From: an uncultured Acidobacteriota bacterium | GTDB taxonomy: Bacteria > Acidobacteriota > Polarisedimenticolia > Polarisedimenticolales > DASRJG01 | Reading direction: 5' to 3' | Length of the DNA: 64,000 bases | Assembly: GCA_964511835.1 (NCBI GenBank) | Contig: CAZEII010000019.1 | Location: 1,288-65,287 of the forward strand | Shown here: piece after piece, positions 45,124 through 54,052 of the stretch | Position numbering within the stretch: the stretch's first letter is position 1 | Layout: every line of letters begins with the position of its first letter | Position numbers and translations under genes: made by a program | The notes under the pieces: model-generated | The model's database searches: none | What the model was told of the DNA's origin: nothing | Seen by the model: only the letters and a program-made list of their open reading frames with translations

Positions 45124-46350
45124 ATGACGTCGTTCCGTTGCGCAGAACCCGGACGAATCCCTGTCGCGTTGATGGCGGTGGCGCTCCTCGCCGCGTGCTC
45201 CACCGGCCGGGCCGACCCCGAGACGGCCCTGCCCCGGGGCGGGGTCGGGCCGGGAGACCTGACCGTGAGACGCGGGAAGTTCGAGAGCCGCTTCATCTTG
45301 ACCGGGCAGCTCGTTGCCGTCAGCTCCGAGAGCCTGTTCGTCCCGCGCATGCCGTCTTGGCAGACGACGATCCGCTGGCTCGAGGCGGAAGGCGCCGTCG
45401 TCAAGCAGGGTCAAAAGCTCGTCGAGTTCGACACAGCGTCCTTCGCCCAGGACTACGGGGAAAAGCGACTCGCATGGGATCAGGCCGAGAGCGATCTCGA
45501 GCAGGCCGAGGCGGACCGAACTGGCCAGAAGGCGGAGAAGGAGTTCCAGGTCGCCCAGAAAACGATCGCGGTCGAAAAGGCCAAGATCGCTGCCGCGATC
45601 CCGGCGGAGTTCGTCCGCGGCAAGGACTACCAGGAGAACCAGCTCGCGCTGTCGCGCGCGAGCACCGAGCTCGCCAAAGCCCAGCAGGATCTCGACTCAC
45701 ACGAGGAATCCTCGGCCGAGCTGGTCCGGCAGAAACAGATCGCGGTCGAGAAAGCGCGCCGCGAGCTGGATGCCGCGGCTCAGGCCCTGGACGGGATGGT
45801 CCTGAAGGCCCCGCGAGACGGCATTCTGGTCGTGGCGGATCACCCATGGCAAGGCCGGAAGATCCAGGTCGGCGATTCGGTGTGGGTCGGGCTGCCGGTC
45901 GTCAGTCTTCCCGATCTCGGCGCGATGTACGTGGAGGGCAAGCTCTCGGACGTGGACGACGGGAGGATCACGCCAGGCCTTCCCGCGAGCTGCGTGCTCG
46001 ACGCCTATCCCGACCGGACCTACAACGGCAAGATCACGGACATCACGCCGGTCGCCCAGGAAGCCGCCGGCCGTTCGCTCCGCCGCGCCTACAACGTCCG
46101 CATCGCCCTCGATGCGTCCGACAGCCAGCGAATGCGCCCGGGCATGTCGGTCAAGGTCGAGGTGCGGCCCGGCGCGCGCGACAGGGTCCTGATGGCGCCG
46201 CGCGCCGGTCTCGATCTCTCGGGGCCGACGCCGCGCGCCCGGCTCGCCTCCGGCAAGGACGTCGACGTCCGTCTCGGCCCCTGCAACCTCGACCGGTGCA
46301 TCGTCGAGAGCGGCGTCGACGAGGGGGACCGGCTGAGGTCGGACGGATGA
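45124..46350 (+). CDS. HlyD-family membrane-fusion lipoprotein (adaptor 1 of 3 in tandem)
   Basis: The start is the internal ATG 45124 (RBS GAGGAG) of track ORF 45058..46350. It has a lipobox (LLAAC), a coiled-coil region and a LKAPRDGILV...VGD..W motif. Confidence 0.8.
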   Translation: MTSFRCAEPGRIPVALMAVALLAACSTGRADPETALPRGGVGPGDLTVRRGKFESRFILTGQLVAVSSESLFVPRMPSWQTTIRWLEAEGAVVKQGQKLVEFDTASFAQDYGEKRLAWDQAESDLEQAEADRTGQKAEKEFQVAQKTIAVEKAKIAAAIPAEFVRGKDYQENQLALSRASTELAKAQQDLDSHEESSAELVRQKQIAVEKARRELDAAAQALDGMVLKAPRDGILVVADHPWQGRKIQVGDSVWVGLPVVSLPDLGAMYVEGKLSDVDDGRITPGLPASCVLDAYPDRTYNGKITDITPVAQEAAGRSLRRAYNVRIALDASDSQRMRPGMSVKVEVRPGARDRVLMAPRAGLDLSGPTPRARLASGKDVDVRLGPCNLDRCIVESGVDEGDRLRSDG

Positions 46351-47570
46351 ACCGGCGCTCCGTCGCGGTCTTCGGCACCATCGCGGTCATCGTCGCGGGG
46401 TGGTGGGCCTTCACGCGGGGCGGCGCACCCGACGCCCTGTGGGCCGACGCCGCGCGCGGAGACCTGGTGTTGAGCGTCGAGGTCAACGGAACGCTCGAGG
46501 CCGTCTCGAGCGCGCCGATCGGGCCGCCGCAGGTCCCCGACGTGTTCGACTTCAAGATCGCCATGATGGCCCCCGAAGGGAAAGACGTCCCCGCCGGCGC
46601 CCCCGTCCTGGGGTTCGACACGAGCGAGCTCGATCGCAAGTTCCTCGAAAAGAAGGCCGAGAGCGAATCCGCGGGTAAGCGCATCGAGAAGAAGGAGAAG
46701 GACTCCCAGATCGCCCGGGAGAATGACGACCTGCGCTTGGCGGAGGCGACGTCGCGCTGGAAGAAGGCCTCGCTCGAGCTCGAGGTTCCCGAGGACCTGG
46801 TGAAGAGCCAGCAGCTTCGGGAGTCGCGCCTGAACTACGAGGATGCCCAGCGCGAGATGGAGTTCATCGACGTCAAGCTCAAGGCGGTGCGACACGCGGA
46901 CGAGGTGTCGCTCGCCGCCCTGCATGCATTGAAGGACGCCGCCGACCGCCGGGTGAGGGAGATCCAGGCGGCGATCGATGCGATGACCGTGAAAGCGCCG
47001 CGAGCCGGTACGGTCGTCTACGCGACGAGCTGGCGCGACGAGAAAAAAAAGGTCGGGGACTCGGCGTGGCGCGGCGAGCGCATTCTCGAGATCCCCGATC
47101 TCGCCGCGATGAAGGGGATCGGCGAGGTCGACGAATCCGATGCGGGGAAGATCACGGTCGGTCAAAAGGTCCGCTTCCGCCTCGAGGCCCACCCCGACAT
47201 CGAATTCACCGGCAAGATCGCGTCGATCTGGAGCACGGTCCAACGGAAGTCGTGGCGCAGCCCGATGAAGATCGTCAAGCTCGAGGTCGTGCTCGACGCC
47301 ACCGATTCGCGCAAGATGCGGCCCGGGATGCGATTCCGCGGGGTCATCGAGACCGGCCGGATCGCGAATACGCTCCTCGTCCCCGCCGATGCCGTGTTCC
47401 CTACCGACCGGGGGCCGATGGCGTTCCGGCGGTCGGCCGTCGGCTGGTCGCGCCGCGTGCTGACGCTGGGCGCCCGCAACGAGACGTCGGTCGAAGTGAA
47501 AGCGGGCCTCGATCCCGGCGACCGGGTGGCACGGCGCAACCTCGATCTGGACGAGCGGACCGCACGTTGA
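46347..47570 (+). CDS. HlyD-family membrane-fusion protein (adaptor 2 of 3)
   Basis: ATG 46347 overlaps the previous stop (ATGA). The sequence MNRRSVAVFGTIAVIVAGWW is a TM anchor. It has a coiled coil and a VKAPRAGTVVY segment. It is read from track ORF 45138..47570, which is over-extended. Confidence 0.8.
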   Translation: MNRRSVAVFGTIAVIVAGWWAFTRGGAPDALWADAARGDLVLSVEVNGTLEAVSSAPIGPPQVPDVFDFKIAMMAPEGKDVPAGAPVLGFDTSELDRKFLEKKAESESAGKRIEKKEKDSQIARENDDLRLAEATSRWKKASLELEVPEDLVKSQQLRESRLNYEDAQREMEFIDVKLKAVRHADEVSLAALHALKDAADRRVREIQAAIDAMTVKAPRAGTVVYATSWRDEKKKVGDSAWRGERILEIPDLAAMKGIGEVDESDAGKITVGQKVRFRLEAHPDIEFTGKIASIWSTVQRKSWRSPMKIVKLEVVLDATDSRKMRPGMRFRGVIETGRIANTLLVPADAVFPTDRGPMAFRRSAVGWSRRVLTLGARNETSVEVKAGLDPGDRVARRNLDLDERTAR

Positions 47571-48844
47571 AGCGTACGTATGCCGTCGCCGGGACGTCCG
47601 CGGCCGCCGTCGCGGCGATCGGGGGGGCGCTCTGGCTCGGCCACTTCCACGCGACGCCCTCCGTGCCCACCCTCGTGGTGTCGAAGTCGAAGTTCGAGCG
47701 CCGGGTCGTCGCCGAGGGAAACCTCGAGGCGGCCGAGGCAACGCCCGTGACGGCGCCGATCGACGCCCAGGGCCAGCTCAAGGTCGCCTGGCTGGTGCAG
47801 GACGGGACGCCGGTGAAGAAAGGTGACGTCGTCGTGCGGTTCGATCCATCCGAGATGGAAAAGAGCTTGCGGGACGGCGAGTCGGACAAGTCCTCCGCCG
47901 AAAGCCGGATCACCGGCATGCGCGCCGACACCGGCGGCGTCATCCGCAACCTGGAGCGCGATTCCGCGCTTGCACGCGAGGAGCTCGAGGGCGCCGACCG
48001 TTACAAGATCGAGGACCCCGACGTCTTCTCGCGGCAGGAGATCATCCGCTCGCAGATCGACCGAAATCTGGCCACGCACCGAATCGAGACCTCCGACGAG
48101 GTTCGCACGATCCGCGAGGACGTCGCGAAGGTCGATCTCGATCTGCTCGACATCGAAAAGCGCAAGGCGGGGATTTCCATCGAGCGCGCCTCCAAGGGGC
48201 TCGAGGCGCTCGAGATCAGGGCGCCGCACGACGGGATCCTCGTCTTCCACCGTGACTGGCGCGGTGAGATCACGAAAGTCGGCGACACCGTCTGGCCCGG
48301 CGAGCCGGTGGCGGAGATTCCCGACCTCGGCACGATGGAGGCGCGAATCTACGTCCTCGAAGCCGATGCCGGCGGGCTCACCGTGGGGCTTCCCGCTACG
48401 GTCGTCGTGGAAGCCCACCCGCTGAATGAATACAAGGCCAAGATCAAGAAGGTCGACACGCTGGCAAAGCGCCGCACGGGTTGGATCCCGGTCCAGTACT
48501 TCGGCGCCACCCTCGAGCTCGCGGCGACCGATCCCAGGGTGATGAAGCCCGGTCAGCGCGTGCGCGCGGTCCTCTCGCTCGATGCGAGGGACGACGCGAT
48601 CAGCGTCCCCCGCAACGCCGTCTTCGAGAAGAACGGCAAGAAAATCGTGTACAAGCTCTCGGGCGGAACGTTCGCGCCCGAGGAGGTGACGCTCGGGCCC
48701 GCCGCCGTCGGCCGCGTCGTCGTGGAGAAGGGGATCGGCGCCGGCGACGAGATCGCGCTGCGCGATCCGACGTCGGCGACGACGCCCGATCAGAGCGGCT
48801 CCGCGTCCGCCGGCTCGCCGACGGCGATGCCTGGAGCTCGATGA
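47567..48844 (+). CDS. HlyD-family membrane-fusion protein (adaptor 3 of 3)
   Basis: TTG 47567 overlaps the previous stop (TTGA). The sequence LKRTYAVAGTSAAAVAAIGGALWL is an anchor. It has IRAPHDGILVFH...VGDTVWPGEPV and lies within track ORF 47066..48844. Confidence 0.75.
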   Translation: MKRTYAVAGTSAAAVAAIGGALWLGHFHATPSVPTLVVSKSKFERRVVAEGNLEAAEATPVTAPIDAQGQLKVAWLVQDGTPVKKGDVVVRFDPSEMEKSLRDGESDKSSAESRITGMRADTGGVIRNLERDSALAREELEGADRYKIEDPDVFSRQEIIRSQIDRNLATHRIETSDEVRTIREDVAKVDLDLLDIEKRKAGISIERASKGLEALEIRAPHDGILVFHRDWRGEITKVGDTVWPGEPVAEIPDLGTMEARIYVLEADAGGLTVGLPATVVVEAHPLNEYKAKIKKVDTLAKRRTGWIPVQYFGATLELAATDPRVMKPGQRVRAVLSLDARDDAISVPRNAVFEKNGKKIVYKLSGGTFAPEEVTLGPAAVGRVVVEKGIGAGDEIALRDPTSATTPDQSGSASAGSPTAMPGAR

Positions 48845-50073
48845 CCCTCAACGAGTCGTTCGAATCGGCGATCGCGAATCTGGGCAGCCACAAGCTGCGG
48901 TCGGCCCTGACGATGCTCGGCATGATCTTTGGCGTCGGCGCGGTCATCGCGATGCTGTCGATCGGCGCGGGCGCGGAGAAGCAGGCGCTCGAGATGATCG
49001 AGCGCTTGGGGCTGCGCAACGTCATCCTTCGCTCCAAGGAGATGAAGGACGACGAGCTCGAGGAGGTCCGGAAGAAGTCGCAGGGTCTGGCGTGGCGCGA
49101 CGGTCAGGCGGTTCAGGACGCGATCCCCGGCGTCGAGCTGGTCGCGGGCCGGATCGAGATCGAGCCCTACAAGATCCTCTCCTCGACTGCCAAGACCAAG
49201 GCGAAGGTCTACGGCGTCTCGTACCGTCAGGCGCAGATCTCTCGCCTGAAGCTTTCGGAGGGGCGGTTCCTCGACGCGCTCGACGAGCGCGACCATGCGC
49301 AGGTCTGCGTCGTCGGCTCCGGCGTGCGGCGCGACCTGTTCGGCTACGGCCCGGCGCTGGGAAGCGACCTCAAGGTCAACGACGTCTGGCTCACCGTCGT
49401 CGGCGTCCTGCAGGACGAAGGGGGCGCGTCCTCTTTCCAGGGCGTCCAGCTCGGCGCGACGGCGCGAGAGATCTACCTCCCGGTGACGACGGCCAGCCGG
49501 AAGTTCGACCGTCCGCCGCTGAAGGCGCCTCTCGACGAGCTGATCGTCCGACTGTCTCCCGACGCCGAGCCGCGCTCGACCTCGGAGGTCGTGCGGGCGC
49601 TCGTTGATCGCATCCACGGCGGCGCCGGGGATTTCGATCTCGTCGTGCCCGAGGCGCTCCTCGATCAGAGCCGGCGCACGCAGCGCCTGTTCAGCATCGT
49701 CATGGGGTGCATCGCCGGCATCTCGTTGCTCGTCGGTGGGATCGGCATCATGAACATCATGCTCGCGACCGTTCTCGAGAGGACCCGCGAGATCGGCGTG
49801 AGGCGCGCCGTCGGCGCGCGGCGCCTCGACATCCGCAATCAATTCATCATCGAGTCATTCTCGATCTCGGCGCTCGGCGGCGTCTTGGGAATTGCCGTCG
49901 GTTTGTTGATCGCCCGGGCCGTGGCCGCCTACGCCGGATGGCCTACGGTGGTCACGCTCGCCTCGATCGTCCTTTCCACCGGTGTTTCGATCGCCGTGGG
50001 CCTCGCATCCGGCATCTATCCCGCCGTCCGTGCTGCCGACCTCGATCCGATCGACGCCCTTCGATACGAATAG
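48841..50073 (+). CDS. FtsX/MacB-type ABC transporter permease (no cognate ATPase gene in its operon)
   Basis: ATG 48841 overlaps the previous stop (ATGA). The sequence MTLNESFESAIANLGSHKLRSALTMLGMIFGV... leads to an FtsX domain with ERTREIGVRRAVGAR, ending DPIDALRYE. Confidence 0.85.
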   Translation: MTLNESFESAIANLGSHKLRSALTMLGMIFGVGAVIAMLSIGAGAEKQALEMIERLGLRNVILRSKEMKDDELEEVRKKSQGLAWRDGQAVQDAIPGVELVAGRIEIEPYKILSSTAKTKAKVYGVSYRQAQISRLKLSEGRFLDALDERDHAQVCVVGSGVRRDLFGYGPALGSDLKVNDVWLTVVGVLQDEGGASSFQGVQLGATAREIYLPVTTASRKFDRPPLKAPLDELIVRLSPDAEPRSTSEVVRALVDRIHGGAGDFDLVVPEALLDQSRRTQRLFSIVMGCIAGISLLVGGIGIMNIMLATVLERTREIGVRRAVGARRLDIRNQFIIESFSISALGGVLGIAVGLLIARAVAAYAGWPTVVTLASIVLSTGVSIAVGLASGIYPAVRAADLDPIDALRYE

Positions 50074-50211
50074 GGAATTCGGGACATTCTGCTTTTTCCT
50101 TCAAATACGAAATGCGCCCGTATTTTCTTGAAAAGCGGTATCCGGGGAGCTTTGCGAAAAAAAGGGGCGCATTTCGTATTTGAAGGAAAAAGCAGAATGT
50201 CCCGAATTCTA
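50071..50211. repeat. 141-nt hairpin element (copy 3): 45-bp perfect inverted repeat around a 45-nt spacer, lying between the stops of two convergent genes
   Basis: The left arm 50075..50119 (GAATTCGGGACATTCTGCTTTTTCCTTCAAATACGAAATGCGCCC) is the exact reverse complement of 50165..50209. The arms are ~44% GC (hand count, 20/45) in a much GC-richer context. The spacer carries the 24-nt core shared with copy 1 (50132..50155, inverted orientation). Confidence 0.9.
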
Positions 50212-51435
50212 TCGCACCGCCTCGAACGTCGCGCGCAGCACTCGAAACGGGTAGGTCTTCCCATCACGAGGAGGGACGCGGAGCCTCCAGGCCGAAGGCG
50301 GTTCGAACCGGAAGGACAGCGTCCTGTGACGGCTGCGGACGAGGCGCAGGCTCATCGCGGCGTCCTCGTCGGGCGAGCCGTCGAGCTCGACGACGATTTC
50401 GTGCAAGCCGTCGGCCGGAAGCTCGGGGCCGGCAAGATGCCGGCAGTGCTTCCACCACATCATCTCGTCGAGGTTGTCGAACTCGTAGCGGGGCTGCGCT
50501 CGGAAAACGGCCTCGAGCTGATGGGCCCGGCCGGGCATGTCCAGGAGGGCGGAGGGGCGCACGACCGCGTGGGCCGAAAGACGCGCTTCGAGGCTCGCTC
50601 GAGGGAACAGCGGTGCGTGGGCGCCCGCGCGGGCCGGCTCGCGCAGCGCCACGCGCCGGACGAACGCATCCGCAGGAAGAACGACGTAGCCGGTCTCGCG
50701 CTGGCCGACGAAGGCGCAGCGCTCCGGCTCGTTCAGATAACGGCGAGCCGTCCCGGCGAGGAGCGTCGCATCGAGCAACGCAGCCGCCGCGGCGACCGCC
50801 TGCGCCGAAGACGCGCGCTGGAGACCGTCGACCGCCGGCTTGAAGTCGAACCCCGGCGCGCCGTCGAGGGCGCGTACGGCGGCATCGAGCGCGGCGAAGA
50901 GCTCCGCCCAAGCGCCGCGCGAAAAGCGCGCGCCCCGATACTCGGGAACCGGCAGCGCCTGAAGCACCGCTTCGCGGTCGGGGAGATCACGTGCGGCCGC
51001 GGCAGCGGACGCGTCCCAAAGGAGCGCCTTCGCGACGAGCTCGGGATGGATCTCGACGAGCCCGGCCTTCCGGCGGTCGCGATCGGGATAGGGGAGGCAC
51101 GGACTCCCAGCGGTCGCGAGCGCCGTGATCAGATCCGGCCCCGTGAGGAACGCCGTCCCTCCCGGACGAGCGGGTGGTATCCGGACTCCCAATCGCCGCC
51201 GCAGCCAACCGTCGACGCGGCGCGACTTTCCGGCGGGCGCCCCCGAGGCGACCGGCACGTCGACCGCGAGGAGGAACGGCTCGCCCCCCGCGAGACTCGC
51301 CACCTCGCGCGCGAACGCGGGGAGGGAGTCGACGCGAGCCACCGACGCGACGGCTCCCTCGGCATCGAGCGAGACGATCGTGCCGGCGCCGGATCCGGCC
51401 TCGAGATCGCGTAGATCGGCACCGAGAATGCGCAT
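50209..51435 (-). CDS. Hypothetical protein, possibly a DUF429/RNase-H-like N-domain plus an unknown C-domain
   Basis: 408-aa ORF lying 22 nt downstream of the SDH gene on the same strand. The N-terminus (MRILGADL...LLAVDVPV...VEIHPELVAKAL) loosely resembles DUF429. The assignment is weak. Confidence 0.4.
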   Translation of the reverse strand: MRILGADLRDLEAGSGAGTIVSLDAEGAVASVARVDSLPAFAREVASLAGGEPFLLAVDVPVASGAPAGKSRRVDGWLRRRLGVRIPPARPGGTAFLTGPDLITALATAGSPCLPYPDRDRRKAGLVEIHPELVAKALLWDASAAAAARDLPDREAVLQALPVPEYRGARFSRGAWAELFAALDAAVRALDGAPGFDFKPAVDGLQRASSAQAVAAAAALLDATLLAGTARRYLNEPERCAFVGQRETGYVVLPADAFVRRVALREPARAGAHAPLFPRASLEARLSAHAVVRPSALLDMPGRAHQLEAVFRAQPRYEFDNLDEMMWWKHCRHLAGPELPADGLHEIVVELDGSPDEDAAMSLRLVRSRHRTLSFRFEPPSAWRLRVPPRDGKTYPFRVLRATFEAVR

Positions 51436-51457
51436 CCCGCGGGATTATCTCGCCACT

Positions 51458-52768
51458 TCACTCTTCGTGGAAGTCGATCCCCAACGGGGTCAGGGCCTCC
51501 AAGACCGGCTCGTAGATTTCGGGATCGACGGGGATCCGAACGCCCGTCGCTCCGATCCGTCCGTCGAGGATCAGCCGCGCAGCGGCCGCGGCGGGGAGGG
51601 AGACCGTGCGCGCCATGGCTGAATCGCCCGCAGGCTGGCCGTAGGCGATCAGCGTGGAGGCGAGCGTCCGGGGCCGGCCGCCGGCGTCAACGACTCCGAG
51701 CTCGTGCCTGAGCACGATCATGTCGCGCTCGCCGGCAGCGTAGGACAACGCGTCCTCGAGCCGCGCGCAGAGGACGTCGATGGGAGCCATCTCCGCGCCT
51801 TTCAGCCTGCGATCGGAAAAGAGCCCAGCCCATCTCAGGCGCTCCATGACCGCGCCATCGGGCGGAAGCCCGAGCCGCGCCGCGACGCGCTCCGCGACGG
51901 AGCCGGCCCCCGGCGCTGCGAACGCGTCCATGAATTCCTCATGCGTCGTTCCCCGGTGCCAGCCGCGCGCGCGATCGTCGAGAAGGCCGAGGCGCGCCAC
52001 GGCATCCAGCGTCTCGCACCATCCGGGATAGCGGAGCGTTCCGCGAAACATCGTTCTCACTCCTTCGAGGCCGTACGTCGCCATGTAGGACGTCGAGTCG
52101 CGATTGGGATACACCTCGAGCCGTCCGAGCTCCGGGACGTCGTAGGGAGCCCCGTGCTCGAAGAGCTCGTCTCCCGGTACGTCGACGACCCGGCCGGCCT
52201 CGAGCCAGCGCGCCGCGTTCTTTCCTGCGGCGAGCACGCCGCGCGGGCTCCACGAGAACTTGTACCCCCAAGGGTTCGTGTTCGCCTCGGGGGCAGGCAG
52301 CCCGCCGCAGCAGCTGCGGAAGGACTCGATGCGCGCGCCCTCGCCGCGCAGACGGTGGATCACGCGCATCGCCGACATGTGGTCGAGCCCCGGGTCGAGA
52401 CCGATCTCGTTGAGGAGCAGAACGCCCGCGGTGCGTGCGGCGCCGTCCAGCGCTCGCATCTCGGGGGAGACGTACGACGTCGTGATCAGCGGCTTGCGGC
52501 GCGCGACCGCCGCTTCGGCGACGCGGACGTGCAGCAGGTAGGGGAGCAGGCTGACGACGAGGTCGGCGTCCTCGACCGCCGCCGCGAGCGCGGTCTCGTC
52601 GTCGAGCGAAAGACCGATCGCCCGTCCGCGCGCCGCGCCGCCTAGCACCTGGGCCGCTCTCGCGGCGTCCCGATCGGCCACGGTCAGCGACACGTCGGGC
52701 CAACCGGCGGCCTCCCGCACCAGCGGCCGGCTGACCCATCCGGCTCCGAGGACGAGGAGCCGCTTCAT
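51458..52768 (-). CDS. Saccharopine dehydrogenase (L-glutamate-forming, SDH/Lys9 type)
   Basis: The start is the internal ATG 52768 of track ORF 51458..54031. Motifs: MKRLLVLGAGWVSRPLV (Rossmann), NEIGLDPGLDHM, PWGYKFSWSPRGVL. Confidence 0.85.
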   Translation of the reverse strand: MKRLLVLGAGWVSRPLVREAAGWPDVSLTVADRDAARAAQVLGGAARGRAIGLSLDDETALAAAVEDADLVVSLLPYLLHVRVAEAAVARRKPLITTSYVSPEMRALDGAARTAGVLLLNEIGLDPGLDHMSAMRVIHRLRGEGARIESFRSCCGGLPAPEANTNPWGYKFSWSPRGVLAAGKNAARWLEAGRVVDVPGDELFEHGAPYDVPELGRLEVYPNRDSTSYMATYGLEGVRTMFRGTLRYPGWCETLDAVARLGLLDDRARGWHRGTTHEEFMDAFAAPGAGSVAERVAARLGLPPDGAVMERLRWAGLFSDRRLKGAEMAPIDVLCARLEDALSYAAGERDMIVLRHELGVVDAGGRPRTLASTLIAYGQPAGDSAMARTVSLPAAAAARLILDGRIGATGVRIPVDPEIYEPVLEALTPLGIDFHEE

Positions 52769-53997
52769 GCCAAGTGCCGGGCGAGGCCGTCGTAAGCGGG
52801 CGTCAGCCGTCCCTGGTGGACGATGATCGCGCGGCGGATCTCGTCGGGAAGATCGAGCGCCGAGAGCGGTCGCGACCAAACGCAGCGCGCGAGCCGGGGG
52901 ACGAACCGGAGCAGCGCATCGCCGAAACGCTGCGACGCCTCGACGGGCAGCTCGCAGGGCAGATTGTCGACCGCCAGGATGACCGGACCCCGCCCTGTGA
53001 CGCCGAGGATGGCCTCTCCGGAGGCGACGTCGTAGACGTAGACGGGATCGTCCGGCGTTGTGATCCTCACGTTGGCCTCGATCGAGCCGTGAAGATCGCA
53101 CGAGATGTCGCCGATGACGCGCAGGCGCGGCGCCGATCCGTCGGCGAAGAGCCGCCTGAGGTCCTCGAGCGTGGCGACGCGACGCTGCCCCGGCTCCCAG
53201 TAGATGCCGTTGACCAGCACGGAGAGGTGATCGAGGTGGCGGGACATCTCGACCCGGTCGTCGCGCGTGAACGACACCTTGTAAAGGAGGTTGCGGGGAA
53301 GCTCTCGATTCACCGACAGCGACGGCAGGTCTTCCGGTAGAACCTCCTCGTGCGGCAGGTGGTCGAAGATCTCCTGGGCTCCCTTCGACGCGTTCCCCGA
53401 GCCGGTGAATCCGAACACCATCGGGTGAAGAGCGTCGGGCAACCCGTCGTGCCGGATCGCGTGAGCCACCCGCGCAAGCTCCGCGTGCGCTTCCTCGAGA
53501 TCGGCGTACGCGTGCGCGGGGCGGAGTGCATGGAACGGCGAGCGCGCACCCTCCGCGTCCAGCCGCCGCCCGAGCGCCGAGAGGGTGTCGAGCATGCCGG
53601 CGAAGCCCGCGTGCCGTCCGAAGAAGACCAAGCGGCGCCCGCGATCGTCGACGATCTTCTCGTAATCCATGAGGGTGCAGCCCAGCTCCATCAAGCGCCG
53701 GAGCATCGGCATGTTCCAGGGTTGGCCCTTCGTCACGTGCGCGAAGTAGAAGTAGGCGCACCCGTCGCTCAAGCGCGCCGCGAGGATTTCCTTGACCCCC
53801 ATGACGAGCGGGCATCCGGTCAGATCGTCGACGAGTCGCGCGCCCGCCTCGCGGAACTCGTCGTCGGGGAAGACGCGCAGGGAGGAGCGCTCGACCGCGA
53901 CCGGAACGCCCAGCCGCGTCAGCTCCGCGACGTGCTCCGGCGTCAGAGGCGTCCTGCGCTCCCAGCGATTCTTGTCCTCGCGCCGGATGCCGATCAC
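52765..53997 (-). CDS. Lysine-ketoglutarate reductase / saccharopine dehydrogenase (L-lysine-forming), AlaDH/PNT family
   Basis: 410-aa ORF. The N-terminus MIGIRREDKNRWERRTPLTPEHV closely resembles the LKR N-terminus of bifunctional AASS (RREDVNAWERRAPLAP, as I recall). Its stop overlaps the SDH start (ATGA). Confidence 0.85.
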   Translation of the reverse strand: MIGIRREDKNRWERRTPLTPEHVAELTRLGVPVAVERSSLRVFPDDEFREAGARLVDDLTGCPLVMGVKEILAARLSDGCAYFYFAHVTKGQPWNMPMLRRLMELGCTLMDYEKIVDDRGRRLVFFGRHAGFAGMLDTLSALGRRLDAEGARSPFHALRPAHAYADLEEAHAELARVAHAIRHDGLPDALHPMVFGFTGSGNASKGAQEIFDHLPHEEVLPEDLPSLSVNRELPRNLLYKVSFTRDDRVEMSRHLDHLSVLVNGIYWEPGQRRVATLEDLRRLFADGSAPRLRVIGDISCDLHGSIEANVRITTPDDPVYVYDVASGEAILGVTGRGPVILAVDNLPCELPVEASQRFGDALLRFVPRLARCVWSRPLSALDLPDEIRRAIIVHQGRLTPAYDGLARHLA

Positions 53998-54052
53998 GCG
54001 ATCCCCCGCGGAGGAAAAAGGGCCGTCGCATGCTAGCAGCCGCGCGGGCGGA

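Noticed and set aside
47044-47051. A8 homopolymer inside the second HlyD adaptor gene as a slip-strand phase-variation site
   Set aside because: It simply encodes EKKK within an intact frame. There is a single tract, with no evidence of length variation available.
14530-50211. The three palindromic elements as a CRISPR array or CRISPR remnants
   Set aside because: They are single, widely separated hairpins, not regularly spaced direct repeats with spacers. No cas genes are present.
51458-54031. Single 857-aa track ORF that looks like a fused LKR-SDH bifunctional protein
   Set aside because: The N-terminal ~420 aa of that ORF are an out-of-frame, Arg-rich reading of the LKR gene. The real LKR is in another frame (52765..53997) and is joined to SDH by an ATGA overlap. 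These are two genes, not a fusion.
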